NCBI GenBank assembly: GCA_041577295.1
Contig: JBFGJG010000055.1
Span: forward strand, 1-25,637
DNA length: 25,637 nucleotides
Reading direction: 5' to 3'
DNA from: Gemmatimonadales bacterium
GTDB taxonomy: Bacteria > Gemmatimonadota > Gemmatimonadetes > Gemmatimonadales > GWC2-71-9
Shown: one piece after another, positions 6,548-15,437 of the stretch
Position numbering within the stretch: position 1 is the first letter of the stretch
Layout of the letters: every line of letters starts with the position of its first letter
The notes under the pieces: generated by a model
Seen by the model: the letters and a program-made list of their open reading frames with translations, nothing else
Databases searched by the model: none
What the model was told of the DNA's origin: nothing
Made by a program: the position numbers and the translations under genes

Positions 6548-8203
6548 TTAGTCGATATGGTCGTACGCGGCAATAGTCAGCCACTCGGTGAAGTCGGGGC
6601 TCGTCATCATCTCTTCGAAGATCTTCGCGGCAAGCTGAAGCTCGTTACTGGGCGTCGACTTCCAGCGGTGGTTGTCAGTGAGCTTACGCAACTCCTCGAG
6701 GATCGTGTTTCGCACGAGAAGCGGTGTCACTGTCCGTCCGTCGTCCAGCATCGCGCCGTGCCTGACCCACTGCCAAACCTGCGATCGCGAGATCTCCGCC
6801 GTCGCCGCGTCCTCCATGAGGTTGTAGATCGGGACGCACCCAGTGCCGCGCAGCCACGCCTCGAGGTATTGGATGCCGACGTCGATGTTGTGCCGCAGCC
6901 CCTTCTCCGTAACGGTACCGGTGGGGAGCCGCAGGAGGTCACCGCCCGTCACAAACACGTCCTTCCGCTTGCGATCGATTTGATTGACCGTCGGCATGTA
7001 GAGGTCGAACACTTCCTTCGCGATTGGGACGAGTGCCGGATGTGCGACCCATGTACCATCGTGCCCGGCCGTGACCTCACGCAGCTTGTCCTGCCGCACC
7101 TTCTCGAGTCCACGACGGTTCACCGCCGGATTGTCCTTGACCGGGATCTGCGCGGCCATGCCACCCATGGCGTGAATCCCACGACGGTGGCAGGTGCGAA
7201 TCAGCAGTTCGACATACGAATTCAGGAAATGCCGATCCATCGTGACTTGTGATCGATCGGGGAGCAGGAAGCCGGCGTTTCCACGGAATTTCTTGATCAC
7301 CGAGAAGATGTAATCCCAACGGCCGCAGTTCAGGCCCGCGGAGTGATCACGCAGCTCCCACAGGATCTCGTCCATCTCGAACGCGGCGAGAATATTCTCG
7401 ATCAGCACCGTGGCGCGTATCGTTCCCTGGCGAATACCCAGGAAGTCCTGCGCAAACGTGAACACGTCGTTCCACAGCCTCGCCTCCAAGTGATTCTCCA
7501 GCTTGGGGAGATAGAAATACGGACGAGTGCCCCGCTCGAGTTGAACCGAAGCGTTGTGGAAGAAGAACAGCGCAAAATCGAAGAGCGACCCCGAAACCGG
7601 TTCACCGTCCACAAGGAGGTGCCGTTCGGGAAGGTGCCAGCCCCGGGGTCGCACGAAGAGGACAGCCGGCTTCTCCTTCAGCGCATAGTGTTTTCCGGCG
7701 GCGTTGGTGAATGTGATAGTCCCACGTACGGCGTCGCGAAGATTCAGCTGACCCTGGACCGTGTTGTCCCACGTCGGCGCGTGTGAATCCTCGAAGTCGG
7801 CCATGTAGACATTCGCCCCGGAGTTCAGGGCGTTGATGATCATCTTGCGTTCGACCGGACCGGTGATCTCAACTCGTCGGTCCTCGATCTCCGGTGGGAT
7901 GGGAGCGACCTTCCACTCGGCCTCGCGGATCTCGCGGGTGTCTTCGAGGAAATCAGGCACCACTCCCGCATCGAGTTGCTGCTGGACCTCGACACGCCGC
8001 GCAAGCAGCTCCTGGCGGCGCGGCTCGAATCGACGGTGCAGCTCAGCAAGAAAGGCGAGGGCCTCGGGTGTGAGAATTTCTCCGTAGTCGTCGGATACTG
8101 GCGCGACAATGGCGACACCCATCCGGCCGGCCTGTGCCGGATCGTATCGCCGGACCGATCGCCAGCTCCTACGTGTTTGCTTCACGCCAGGCTCAGTGTA
8201 CAT
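6548..8203 (-). CDS. aceB: Malate synthase A
   Basis: [43 protein letters not shown] and [12 protein letters not shown], with MSA-type length. Start at 8203 has GGAGAG upstream; 8122 is an alternative. Confidence 0.96.
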   Translation of the reverse strand: MYTEPGVKQTRRSWRSVRRYDPAQAGRMGVAIVAPVSDDYGEILTPEALAFLAELHRRFEPRRQELLARRVEVQQQLDAGVVPDFLEDTREIREAEWKVAPIPPEIEDRRVEITGPVERKMIINALNSGANVYMADFEDSHAPTWDNTVQGQLNLRDAVRGTITFTNAAGKHYALKEKPAVLFVRPRGWHLPERHLLVDGEPVSGSLFDFALFFFHNASVQLERGTRPYFYLPKLENHLEARLWNDVFTFAQDFLGIRQGTIRATVLIENILAAFEMDEILWELRDHSAGLNCGRWDYIFSVIKKFRGNAGFLLPDRSQVTMDRHFLNSYVELLIRTCHRRGIHAMGGMAAQIPVKDNPAVNRRGLEKVRQDKLREVTAGHDGTWVAHPALVPIAKEVFDLYMPTVNQIDRKRKDVFVTGGDLLRLPTGTVTEKGLRHNIDVGIQYLEAWLRGTGCVPIYNLMEDAATAEISRSQVWQWVRHGAMLDDGRTVTPLLVRNTILEELRKLTDNHRWKSTPSNELQLAAKIFEEMMTSPDFTEWLTIAAYDHID

Positions 8204-8280
8204 CAGCTCTCCAAACCATGTTGGGCGGTCTCGCTCCGCGCTCCACCGCGCGAGCGAGGCTTACGCCGCCACTCAACAAG

Positions 8281-8295
8281 GCAAATGGCATGCCG
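8281..8295 (-). promoter_or_regulatory. Putative sigma54 (-24/-12) promoter of aceBA
   Basis: Minus strand CGGCATGCCATTTGC gives exact GG-N10-GC spacing with GGCA and TTGC cores, about 80 nt upstream of aceB. Confidence 0.6.
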
Positions 8296-8387
8296 AGGAA
8301 TTGAAGCGTCCACAGTCGAGACGAGGTTCCCGACTGTTGCAGCATGGCCACGTTTTCTTGGTAGTGGGGGATCGGGTGAGGGGTCGC

Positions 8388-8421
8388 ACCCGCACCGCTA
8401 TCTACCGCTCGCGGTGCGGGT
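8388..8421 (-). terminator. Hairpin downstream of the YbaK-family gene (possible terminator, no U-tract)
   Basis: Perfect 11-bp inverted repeat ACCCGCACCGC (8388-8398) / GCGGTGCGGGT (8411-8421). Confidence 0.45.
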
Positions 8422-8487
8422 TACGGCAGGCAGGGGGTGGCGCGGCGGTGGGGTCTACAACCCTACGGCCGCACAAAGCTCCTCAGA

Positions 8488-8961
8488 TCAGACGACGTTC
8501 TGGACGGAGAACTCGAGCACGCGGGGCTCGACCAGTCGGGCGAAGTCGGTGTAGGTGAGCTTGATCAGCTCGGTGTGCGTCCCCGCGTTGAACGCAATCT
8601 CCTCGTCTTCCGTGAGCGACTCCGCGACGTACGTGTCCATCCCGTACAACCGGCCAAAGGGTGGCATGGCGCCGAGCTCGCACTCGGGGAACAGATTTTG
8701 GAACTCTCGTTCCGTGGCGAGCTCCACCTTTTTGGCGCCCAAGGCCTCCTTCAGTAGATCGAAGTCCACGTGGAAAGATGCTGGAAGCACGGCCATGGCC
8801 ATCTTGCCGTCCACCTTGACCATTACTGCTTTGGCGAGCTCCCGACCCGACACGTGTGCGGACGCGGCGATCTCCTGTGCCGTAAACGCGGGCGAATGAC
8901 GGATGGTGACGTACTTGATATGGTGCTCGTCCAGGAACTTCTTGAGCTTTTGCACGGGCAT
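8488..8961 (-). CDS. YbaK/EbsC/ProX-family aminoacyl-tRNA deacylase
   Basis: H...TAQEIA, LAKAV (conserved Lys), GAMPPFG (GxxxP loop) and FNAGTH. AAGGAGG RBS. Confidence 0.9.
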   Translation of the reverse strand: MPVQKLKKFLDEHHIKYVTIRHSPAFTAQEIAASAHVSGRELAKAVMVKVDGKMAMAVLPASFHVDFDLLKEALGAKKVELATEREFQNLFPECELGAMPPFGRLYGMDTYVAESLTEDEEIAFNAGTHTELIKLTYTDFARLVEPRVLEFSVQNVV

Positions 8962-9123
8962 AGACGCCTCCTTTGCGGCACGGTGCCAGGCAGTCCCCGC
9001 CGTACGACTCGCGGTCTCCCAGAAGCCTAATCCGTAGGCCGGTGAGCGCTAGAGCAACCGAGGGTGGCGGTACTGCTAGCCTACCTCGTCGTGCGTGAAC
9101 GAATGCTGAAAACCCCTGGAAGG

Positions 9124-9972
9124 CTAGCGCAGCGCGTGCCGAAACGCGGTGACTGCCCGTGCCGCTGCCGTCGCGCGGCTCGCCCAATGCGCGGTGATGG
9201 GAGCGAGCACCGGATCCATTCGTTCATGTCGAACGCGCCATGCGTTCGCTTCACGCTCGAGCCAGGGCAGGACTTCAGGGTGACCCAAGACGAGCTGGGT
9301 GAGGGTGAAGAGCCGTTCCCCCGCGCGGAGACCGATACCATGGGTCTGGGAGGCGCGGCGCAAATCGGCTCGGGTAAAGATCAACCCACTCTGCACGGGG
9401 ATGAGGAGGCTGGCCAACAGCTCGCGGAGATCGTCACCCGCCGCGGGCATCGGCGGCGCGCTCCGGAGGTGCAAAGGAAGACCTGTCGGCGGCCCCAGCG
9501 TGCGGGCTTCGCGCAGCAGGGCGGTCTGCAGTAGGCAAGCCCATGCGGCATATGGTCGAGAGGCGATGTCGCGCACCTTGGTGAGGTAGGCGGGCAGCCA
9601 GCTCACCATGTGTTCCCACAGGAACGCACTCCGTGCCCTGTGTGCGGCCGCCCGCGCACGCGGTCCCCTCGCCGCGTCGTCCTGCTCGGCAAGGTGCGCG
9701 TACACCGCGAGGATAACCGCCAGATGATCCGGTTCGGTGGGCGCCGTCTCCCCGAGGGCGCGCCAGAAGCCGGCGATGCGATCACGCGCCTCCCCACCCA
9801 ACATCCCTTCGGCGCCGAGATACACCGACGCATAGGGTGGGAGTTGCAGCACGAACAGATCAGTGTAGTCCGCCCGTGTGATCACCCCATCGACTCCCAA
9901 GAGGGCGAGCAGACGCATCGTCTCGTGCTGTGGTGGTTCCGCCGCGATTGCCAGCGCTCGGAAGAGCTCCAC
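9124..9972 (-). CDS. TorD/DmsD-family molybdoenzyme maturation chaperone
   Basis: YTDLF, PPYASVY, EPDHLA and FLWEHM..W motifs. GTG start at 9972, 1 nt after the upstream stop; the longer ORF to 10242 overlaps the upstream gene. Confidence 0.88.
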   Translation of the reverse strand: MELFRALAIAAEPPQHETMRLLALLGVDGVITRADYTDLFVLQLPPYASVYLGAEGMLGGEARDRIAGFWRALGETAPTEPDHLAVILAVYAHLAEQDDAARGPRARAAAHRARSAFLWEHMVSWLPAYLTKVRDIASRPYAAWACLLQTALLREARTLGPPTGLPLHLRSAPPMPAAGDDLRELLASLLIPVQSGLIFTRADLRRASQTHGIGLRAGERLFTLTQLVLGHPEVLPWLEREANAWRVRHERMDPVLAPITAHWASRATAAARAVTAFRHALR

Positions 9973-9973
9973 G

Positions 9974-12889
9974 TCAGCTCGGCCCGCCGCCCACCGGCTC
10001 TGGCAGCTGGAAAAACTCTTTGGGGGGCTTGAGTGGCCGCAGCAGCCAGAACGGTCGCCGCGTCTGGTCGGGGGAGTGCTCGTACGCGGAGCGGGTCTTA
10101 CGCAACCACTCCCGGTAGACGGCCCGTGCCCGTTCCGTGTCGACCGAGATGTCTCCGTATCCGTCCCCGAGATCAGCGCGTCGAACCCGTACCGCCTGGT
10201 GCCAGCAGTGTTGTCCGGAAACCGGGTCGGGGTGCACGGCAAACGTCATGTTTTGGTGAACGCCCGCATCGGTCCACCAGATGCGCCGGGTGTCGGGATC
10301 GCCAGACGAGTACGGCTCGACGCCTCGTTTCCTGGCCAAGCGCCAACGCGACCCCTGTTGTGCGAGCGCAGCCGTGGTCATGAGCTGGCGTTGGCCGACA
10401 TCGGTGATCTTCCAGCGCCCCATGTGGTGGCTACACGCGACGACACCTGGTTTGATGCCTTCGGTAACCCACGCCTTGACCACGAAGTAACCGATTTCGG
10501 TTTCCACCCGGACCAATTCGCCGGTCTCAACTCCGATTCGGTTCGCGTCGATCGGGTGCATCCAGAGAGGGTTTGTATGGGCGATCTCATCCAACCACTT
10601 GGCGTTAGCGCTCCGGGTGTGGATATGGACAGGGAGACGAAAGGTCGAGATGAGTGGCATCTGTCCGTCCGCAAGGTTCTCGGGGTGCACGTGGCTGCGG
10701 AGATACCACGGAATGGCCCGGTCCCCCCACCCCCATGCGGCAAGTGTGCTCGAGTAGAACTCGAGCCGCCCACTGGGAGTCGGAAAGCCACGCAGAATCT
10801 CACCATCGACCCGGACCCCGATGGGACGCCGCCCCTCGGCATCCGGCTCGGGACTTGGTTGAGGGACGATGTTGGGAGAGGGTGCCCGCGGGGCTCGGGT
10901 GTAGATCCGTCCGAATCGATCTTCTCCGATATCTTGGAGATCGTCCCGCGGCACCTCCTGCGCGTAGATCGGCCCGATCGTTTGGTGAACCTCGAACGCG
11001 CCGTATTTCCTCATGAACTCGAGTGCGGTCAGTCCCTCGGCGGCAGCGCGCTCGGGCAGCCCCGGCACCGAGTGCTCGAAGGCATAGGCGTAATATTCGT
11101 CGACTCCGAGCTTCGTGTCCGGATGCTCCTTTGATTCGACGTACTGCCGGATGCCGAGAGTGCCCAGCGGATCGATTCGCCACGAGAGCTCGATCCAAAA
11201 CTCGTTCTCCTCCCACACTTCGCCGGGGTTGACCTGCCTCGTGTCCTCCACCGTGTCACCTGCGCGGTTGCGCATGGCACGGAGCACCGGTTGCCGGAAG
11301 CCAATCCACTGCGCGTCGTGGGTCTCGTACGAGTGCAGGTCGTGCCGTTCGGCGCTATGGCCCATCGGTAGGACGTAGTCCGCGAAGTACGCGGTCTCGT
11401 TCCACGTGGGGGTGAGCGCGACGTGCAGTCCGACGAGCGCCTCATCCGTCAACACTTCGATCCACGAGAAGCCGTCGGGGTTGGTCCACACGGGGTTGTA
11501 GACCCGGGTGAAATACACGTCGACCCGGCCGCGGCCATCCCGCAAGAAATGCGGGAGCAAGAACGAGAGCTCATTCATGGCGAGTGGGAACTCGACTGGC
11601 CACGTGAGCTCGTTCCAGCGGGGTGGATGCGGTGGTGTGTAGATCGGTTTGGGGACGAACTTGTTCCAGGCGTTGGGATAGGTCCCGCCGGGAGTGGCGA
11701 CCGCACCCAGCAAGGCGTTGAGGAGGAACAGCGTTCTCGAGACCTGCCAACCTCCCTCATTGCCCGCGGCGGCACTGCGCCAATTGTGCGTTGAGAGGCG
11801 GGTTCCCGCGGTGGCGACGACGTCCGCGATCGCGGCGATCGTCCGCGCGTCGATGCCGGCCTCCTCGGCGGCGAATTCGAACGTGAACGACTGATAGACG
11901 TCCTTGAGCGTCCGCTCGAAATTGGCGAACGTCGGGGCCGTGTCCGGGTGCTCCACCTCCATGTATTCCCGCCAGTTCCACCATTGACGGACGAACTCAC
12001 GGTTGTAGAGGTCGTTCTGAATGAGGTGGTTGGCAACGGCCAGGAGTATGGCCGGCTCGGATCCAGGGTAGGAGGCCACCCAAAAATCGGCGTGGGTTGC
12101 CGTGTTCGACAGGCGAGTGTCGAACACGATCACTCTGGCTCCCCGCTGACGCGCTTCGATGATGCGTTGTGCGTGCGGGTTGAAGTAGTGACCAGTTTCG
12201 AGGTGGGCCGATACGAGGAGGATTACCTCGGCATTCGCGTGGTCGGGGCTCGGGCGATCGAACCCCATCCAATACTGGTAACCAGCGCGCGCACCGGAGG
12301 AACACACGTTCGTGTGCGAGTTGTGCCCGTCCACGCCCCAGGCGGCAAGGATACGCTCCGTGAAGCCGTCCTCTCCTGGTCGACCGACGTGGTACATGAT
12401 CTCGTTGTGCCGTTGCTCCTGGAGAGCGGTCCGGATACGGTCGGCGAGATCGTCCAGGACCTCGTCCCAAGTGACCTGTATCCACTTGCCCTCGCCACGG
12501 GCACCGGCTCGCTTGAGGGGATAGAGAATGCGGTCTGGATCCGTTACCTGGTTGATCGTGGCCGGGCCTTTGGCGCAGTTGCGCCCACGCGAGCCAGGGT
12601 GTTCTGGGTTTCCCTCGAACTTCCGCACCTGTTGGGTGTCCCGGTCCACGTACGCGAGGAGCCCGCAGGCGGACTCGCAGTTGAAGCAAGTGGTGGGAAC
12701 GAGCATGTACCGGCGCTCGGTGCGCTCGGGCCACGAGCGCGAGTCCAGCTCGACCCAGTCATCCCACCGCTCCTTGGGAGGAAAGGAGGCGAGATGAATC
12801 CGGCTGGGCCCGGGGTAGAACGTCTCCCCCCGCGCTTCAACCGCTTTCCGCGCGGCACTCAGGCGTTTGGTGAGCTCATCCAAAGTCAT
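9974..12889 (-). CDS. DMSO-reductase-family Mo/W-bisPGD catalytic subunit (Psr/Phs/Sre/Soe/Ttr/Arr-like clade), no Tat signal, 971 aa
   Basis: [4Fe-4S] motif CFNCESAC...CAKG, DPDRILYPLKR, probable Mo-ligand Cys in SHTNVCS, ADYVLP and a C-terminal dinucleotide-binding domain (HTRSAN, MHPIDA). Start set at MTLDEL. Confidence 0.9.
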   Translation of the reverse strand: MTLDELTKRLSAARKAVEARGETFYPGPSRIHLASFPPKERWDDWVELDSRSWPERTERRYMLVPTTCFNCESACGLLAYVDRDTQQVRKFEGNPEHPGSRGRNCAKGPATINQVTDPDRILYPLKRAGARGEGKWIQVTWDEVLDDLADRIRTALQEQRHNEIMYHVGRPGEDGFTERILAAWGVDGHNSHTNVCSSGARAGYQYWMGFDRPSPDHANAEVILLVSAHLETGHYFNPHAQRIIEARQRGARVIVFDTRLSNTATHADFWVASYPGSEPAILLAVANHLIQNDLYNREFVRQWWNWREYMEVEHPDTAPTFANFERTLKDVYQSFTFEFAAEEAGIDARTIAAIADVVATAGTRLSTHNWRSAAAGNEGGWQVSRTLFLLNALLGAVATPGGTYPNAWNKFVPKPIYTPPHPPRWNELTWPVEFPLAMNELSFLLPHFLRDGRGRVDVYFTRVYNPVWTNPDGFSWIEVLTDEALVGLHVALTPTWNETAYFADYVLPMGHSAERHDLHSYETHDAQWIGFRQPVLRAMRNRAGDTVEDTRQVNPGEVWEENEFWIELSWRIDPLGTLGIRQYVESKEHPDTKLGVDEYYAYAFEHSVPGLPERAAAEGLTALEFMRKYGAFEVHQTIGPIYAQEVPRDDLQDIGEDRFGRIYTRAPRAPSPNIVPQPSPEPDAEGRRPIGVRVDGEILRGFPTPSGRLEFYSSTLAAWGWGDRAIPWYLRSHVHPENLADGQMPLISTFRLPVHIHTRSANAKWLDEIAHTNPLWMHPIDANRIGVETGELVRVETEIGYFVVKAWVTEGIKPGVVACSHHMGRWKITDVGQRQLMTTAALAQQGSRWRLARKRGVEPYSSGDPDTRRIWWTDAGVHQNMTFAVHPDPVSGQHCWHQAVRVRRADLGDGYGDISVDTERARAVYREWLRKTRSAYEHSPDQTRRPFWLLRPLKPPKEFFQLPEPVGGGPS

Positions 12890-12900
12890 CGTCCGCCGCC

Positions 12901-14430
12901 TTAGGCCAGTGGTACCGACTGCCCGGCCTGGACGTACGCGTGCTCGTAGGCCAGAAGACCGATCAACGCCAACGGAGCAGCAACCACCCCGATCCATGGT
13001 GCCGCGACGCCCGCGAGCGCCAACAGCACGCCGGCCCAGAAAAACAGCCGGTAACGGCCTCGCACCATCTCCCAGGTTGCAAGTCGCGCATGGGCCGTCG
13101 GATGCGGCATAGTCACTTCGCCGGACACGAGCGACAAATGCGCAGCGCTGCCGGCCGCGAGCATCCACTGCAACGCCTGGATGGCGGACGGCGGGGCTAG
13201 CAACACGAGCGCGGCGGAACCCGCGAGCACAGCTTGCACGAGGAAGTGGGGTGGCAACAGCGGATTCTGCCACAGATCTCGAGCCTTGGCCTGCGCAAAG
13301 AGATAAGCCGTGTAAATCGCGGTGAGCACTGCTAGCGGGAGGCCTAGCACGGCCAACCAACGTTGCAGCCCGCTGTTGCCAACAACGCTGGCGACGAAGT
13401 GAAGCGCGAGCACGCCGGCATACGCGGTGATGATGTAGCCACCTCGTACGAGCCAGCTTTTCGAGTGGGCACGCGTCAGGACATAGAGGAACCGCTCGGG
13501 GTGTTCGAGATCCCAGATCAACAACAAGCCCGTGGCGGCGAGGAACGCACCTGCCACGGCGGGAGCCACCCACTGCCACAGGGCGCTCTGAGCACCCACC
13601 ACGCCCAATCCAACGAGGAGCAGGGCGACGAGATACACGCCTGACGCGATACCCTTGGTCCACGTATACAGGCTCACGCGCCAGTCCCACGGGGCTGTGT
13701 GGGTGACATCGTATGATAGAAGGGCCGCCGCGGATGAGTTCCCATGGAGCGGGTGTCCGGACACGACGTGCTTACCGTCTCGCTGTTGCTCGCTCCACAT
13801 GAAGATCCCGCCGGGCGGACGGCGCGCGGCGAGGGGATCGAGGGTCGCTTGGTGGGCGCCTTTGTAAAAGAGCTTTGGTTTGGTCTCCTTCTCAGGACGG
13901 CGCACGGAAACCACATCGCGGTTCACGTATTGTGATATAGCGGACGTGGGGTCGTTCAGGTCGCCCACCAGAATCGCCTCGGTGGGGCAGACGACCACGC
14001 ATGCCGGTTCCAGACCCATGTCCAGCCGATGCGCGCAGAAGTTGCACTTCTCGGCTGAGTGATCGTCCGGATTGATGAAGATCGCGTCATACGGGCACGC
14101 CGCGATGCAGGCTTTGCATCCGATGCAAAGGGCCTTGTTGAAGTCGACGATGCCGTCTTCCCGCTGGTACATCGCCGTCGTGGGGCAGGCGGTCACGCAC
14201 GGCGCGTCGTCACACTGATTGCACCGCGTGACCTGGTACGCACGGCGCACGTCGGGGAACGTACCAACATCGACGTATTTGACATAAGTCCGCGTGACGC
14301 CCAGAGGAACTTCGTTTTCCGACTTACAGGCGGTGGTACAAGCGTGGCAACCGATGCAGCGGGTGTGGTCGACGACCTTCGCCCATTTGACGGGGACGGA
14401 CCGCGTTCCGCGTTCAGTGAGAACTTGCAT
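12901..14430 (-). CDS. Fusion of a four-cluster 4Fe-4S subunit (PsrB/DmsB/NrfC-like) and an NrfD/PsrC-like membrane subunit
   Basis: CIGCHACTTAC, CNQCDDAPCVTACP, CIGCKACIAACP and CNFC...CVVVCP, then WDWRVSLY, LIWDLEHPERF, SWLVRG and YTAYLF with roughly 8 hydrophobic segments, in one uninterrupted frame. Confidence 0.92.
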   Translation of the reverse strand: MQVLTERGTRSVPVKWAKVVDHTRCIGCHACTTACKSENEVPLGVTRTYVKYVDVGTFPDVRRAYQVTRCNQCDDAPCVTACPTTAMYQREDGIVDFNKALCIGCKACIAACPYDAIFINPDDHSAEKCNFCAHRLDMGLEPACVVVCPTEAILVGDLNDPTSAISQYVNRDVVSVRRPEKETKPKLFYKGAHQATLDPLAARRPPGGIFMWSEQQRDGKHVVSGHPLHGNSSAAALLSYDVTHTAPWDWRVSLYTWTKGIASGVYLVALLLVGLGVVGAQSALWQWVAPAVAGAFLAATGLLLIWDLEHPERFLYVLTRAHSKSWLVRGGYIITAYAGVLALHFVASVVGNSGLQRWLAVLGLPLAVLTAIYTAYLFAQAKARDLWQNPLLPPHFLVQAVLAGSAALVLLAPPSAIQALQWMLAAGSAAHLSLVSGEVTMPHPTAHARLATWEMVRGRYRLFFWAGVLLALAGVAAPWIGVVAAPLALIGLLAYEHAYVQAGQSVPLA

Positions 14431-14502
14431 TGGTGCTTTTCAAGACCGGGGGGACGTATCCTCTCTGACGTCCGCCGTCAAGCAGTGCGGCAACGTGGCC
14501 GA

Positions 14503-14808
14503 TCAGGACGGCAGGTCGCAGTCACGAATGCAGCGCAGAATGTGTGATACCTTGGGTTCGGTTATCCAGTAGTACACGCTGGTGCCATCCCGCCGGAAGT
14601 CCACGATGTCCCGTCCCTTCAGCACCCCGAGCTGTTGAGACACGGATGCCTGCGTGGCCCGACACAACGTCTGGAGTTCGGAAACGCTCTTCTCTCCGCT
14701 CTCCAGCGCGTCGAGGATCCGCAGGCGGAGCGGATGCCCGAGGCACTTGATGACCGCCGCGGCGCGATCGAGGATCGACGGATCGAGAGCGTCTAACGTC
14801 GTGGACAT
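14503..14808 (-). CDS. ArsR/SmtB-family transcriptional regulator (101 aa)
   Basis: KCLGHPLRLRIL...GEKSVSEL...QASVSQQLGVLK...RRDGTSVYY. Start set at MSTTL, just after the rhodanese stop. Confidence 0.92.
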   Translation of the reverse strand: MSTTLDALDPSILDRAAAVIKCLGHPLRLRILDALESGEKSVSELQTLCRATQASVSQQLGVLKGRDIVDFRRDGTSVYYWITEPKVSHILRCIRDCDLPS

Positions 14809-14816
14809 GACGATCC

Positions 14817-15437
14817 CTACGCCGTCTCTTTGGCCGTTTTTTGTACGGGAAAGCCTCGCTCGAGCCAATCCACCATGCCGCCAAAGACGAGACGGGCGTC
14901 CTTGCCCGCCCGACGCATGACCGACGCGACATAACAGCTTCGTACCTGATCTCCGCACACGATGGCGAGCGGCGGGTTGTCCTCTACGGCTTCCAGCGTG
15001 CTCCACGGTTCAGTCCAGACGATGGATTGCGAGCCGGGGATGTGGCCGTAGCGATACTCAAAACCTTCACGAGTGTCGACGACGCGGTGCTGATCGAGGT
15101 CGGCGTGGAGCTCGTCGACCGTCATGAGCCCAAGCTCCGCTGTGGGGAAGCCTGCCTCCTTCCACTGTTTGAGCCCACCCTCGAGCCAGCCAAGCACGCG
15201 AAACCCAGCCTTGGTCATGATCTCCACCGCGACCTTGGCGATGGGAGCCGGCTCGGCGTGTATCACGTATTGCACGTCGGTCGGCAGCGCCATCTCGGCT
15301 CGATCGGCCAGATCCGCGCGATTGAACTGAAAGTTGACCGCTCCGGGGATGTGCTCGGTGGCGAACGGTTTGGGGGGCCGCATGTCGAGCACCACGGCAC
15401 CTGCAGCAACCGCTGTCTGGACTTCTTCGGGAGTCAT
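14817..15437 (-). CDS. Tandem rhodanese-domain protein (inactive N domain, Cys-bearing C domain)
   Basis: Two DxR...HIPG...L.GG...W repeats. Domain 1 has VIHAEPA with no Cys; domain 2 has IVCGDQVRS. ATGA overlap with the upstream gene. Confidence 0.9.
   Translation of the reverse strand: MTPEEVQTAVAAGAVVLDMRPPKPFATEHIPGAVNFQFNRADLADRAEMALPTDVQYVIHAEPAPIAKVAVEIMTKAGFRVLGWLEGGLKQWKEAGFPTAELGLMTVDELHADLDQHRVVDTREGFEYRYGHIPGSQSIVWTEPWSTLEAVEDNPPLAIVCGDQVRSCYVASVMRRAGKDARLVFGGMVDWLERGFPVQKTAKETA

Noticed and set aside
8974..8988. Second sigma54 promoter (TGGCAC...GC) before the YbaK-family gene
   Set aside because: Spacing is GG-N9-GC rather than N10, and it lies too close to the RBS.
9974..12889. 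Assignment as formate dehydrogenase, nitrate reductase or respiratory arsenate reductase ArrA
   Set aside because: It lacks the FDH C/U-H ligand motif and has no Tat signal as expected for ArrA, and the context is sulfur relay. Left unassigned.
12890..13690. 267-aa N-terminal extension of the molybdoenzyme in the ORF track
   Set aside because: It overlaps the NrfD domain of the upstream gene in another frame and is Arg-rich shadow sequence. The ATG at 12889 follows the upstream stop.
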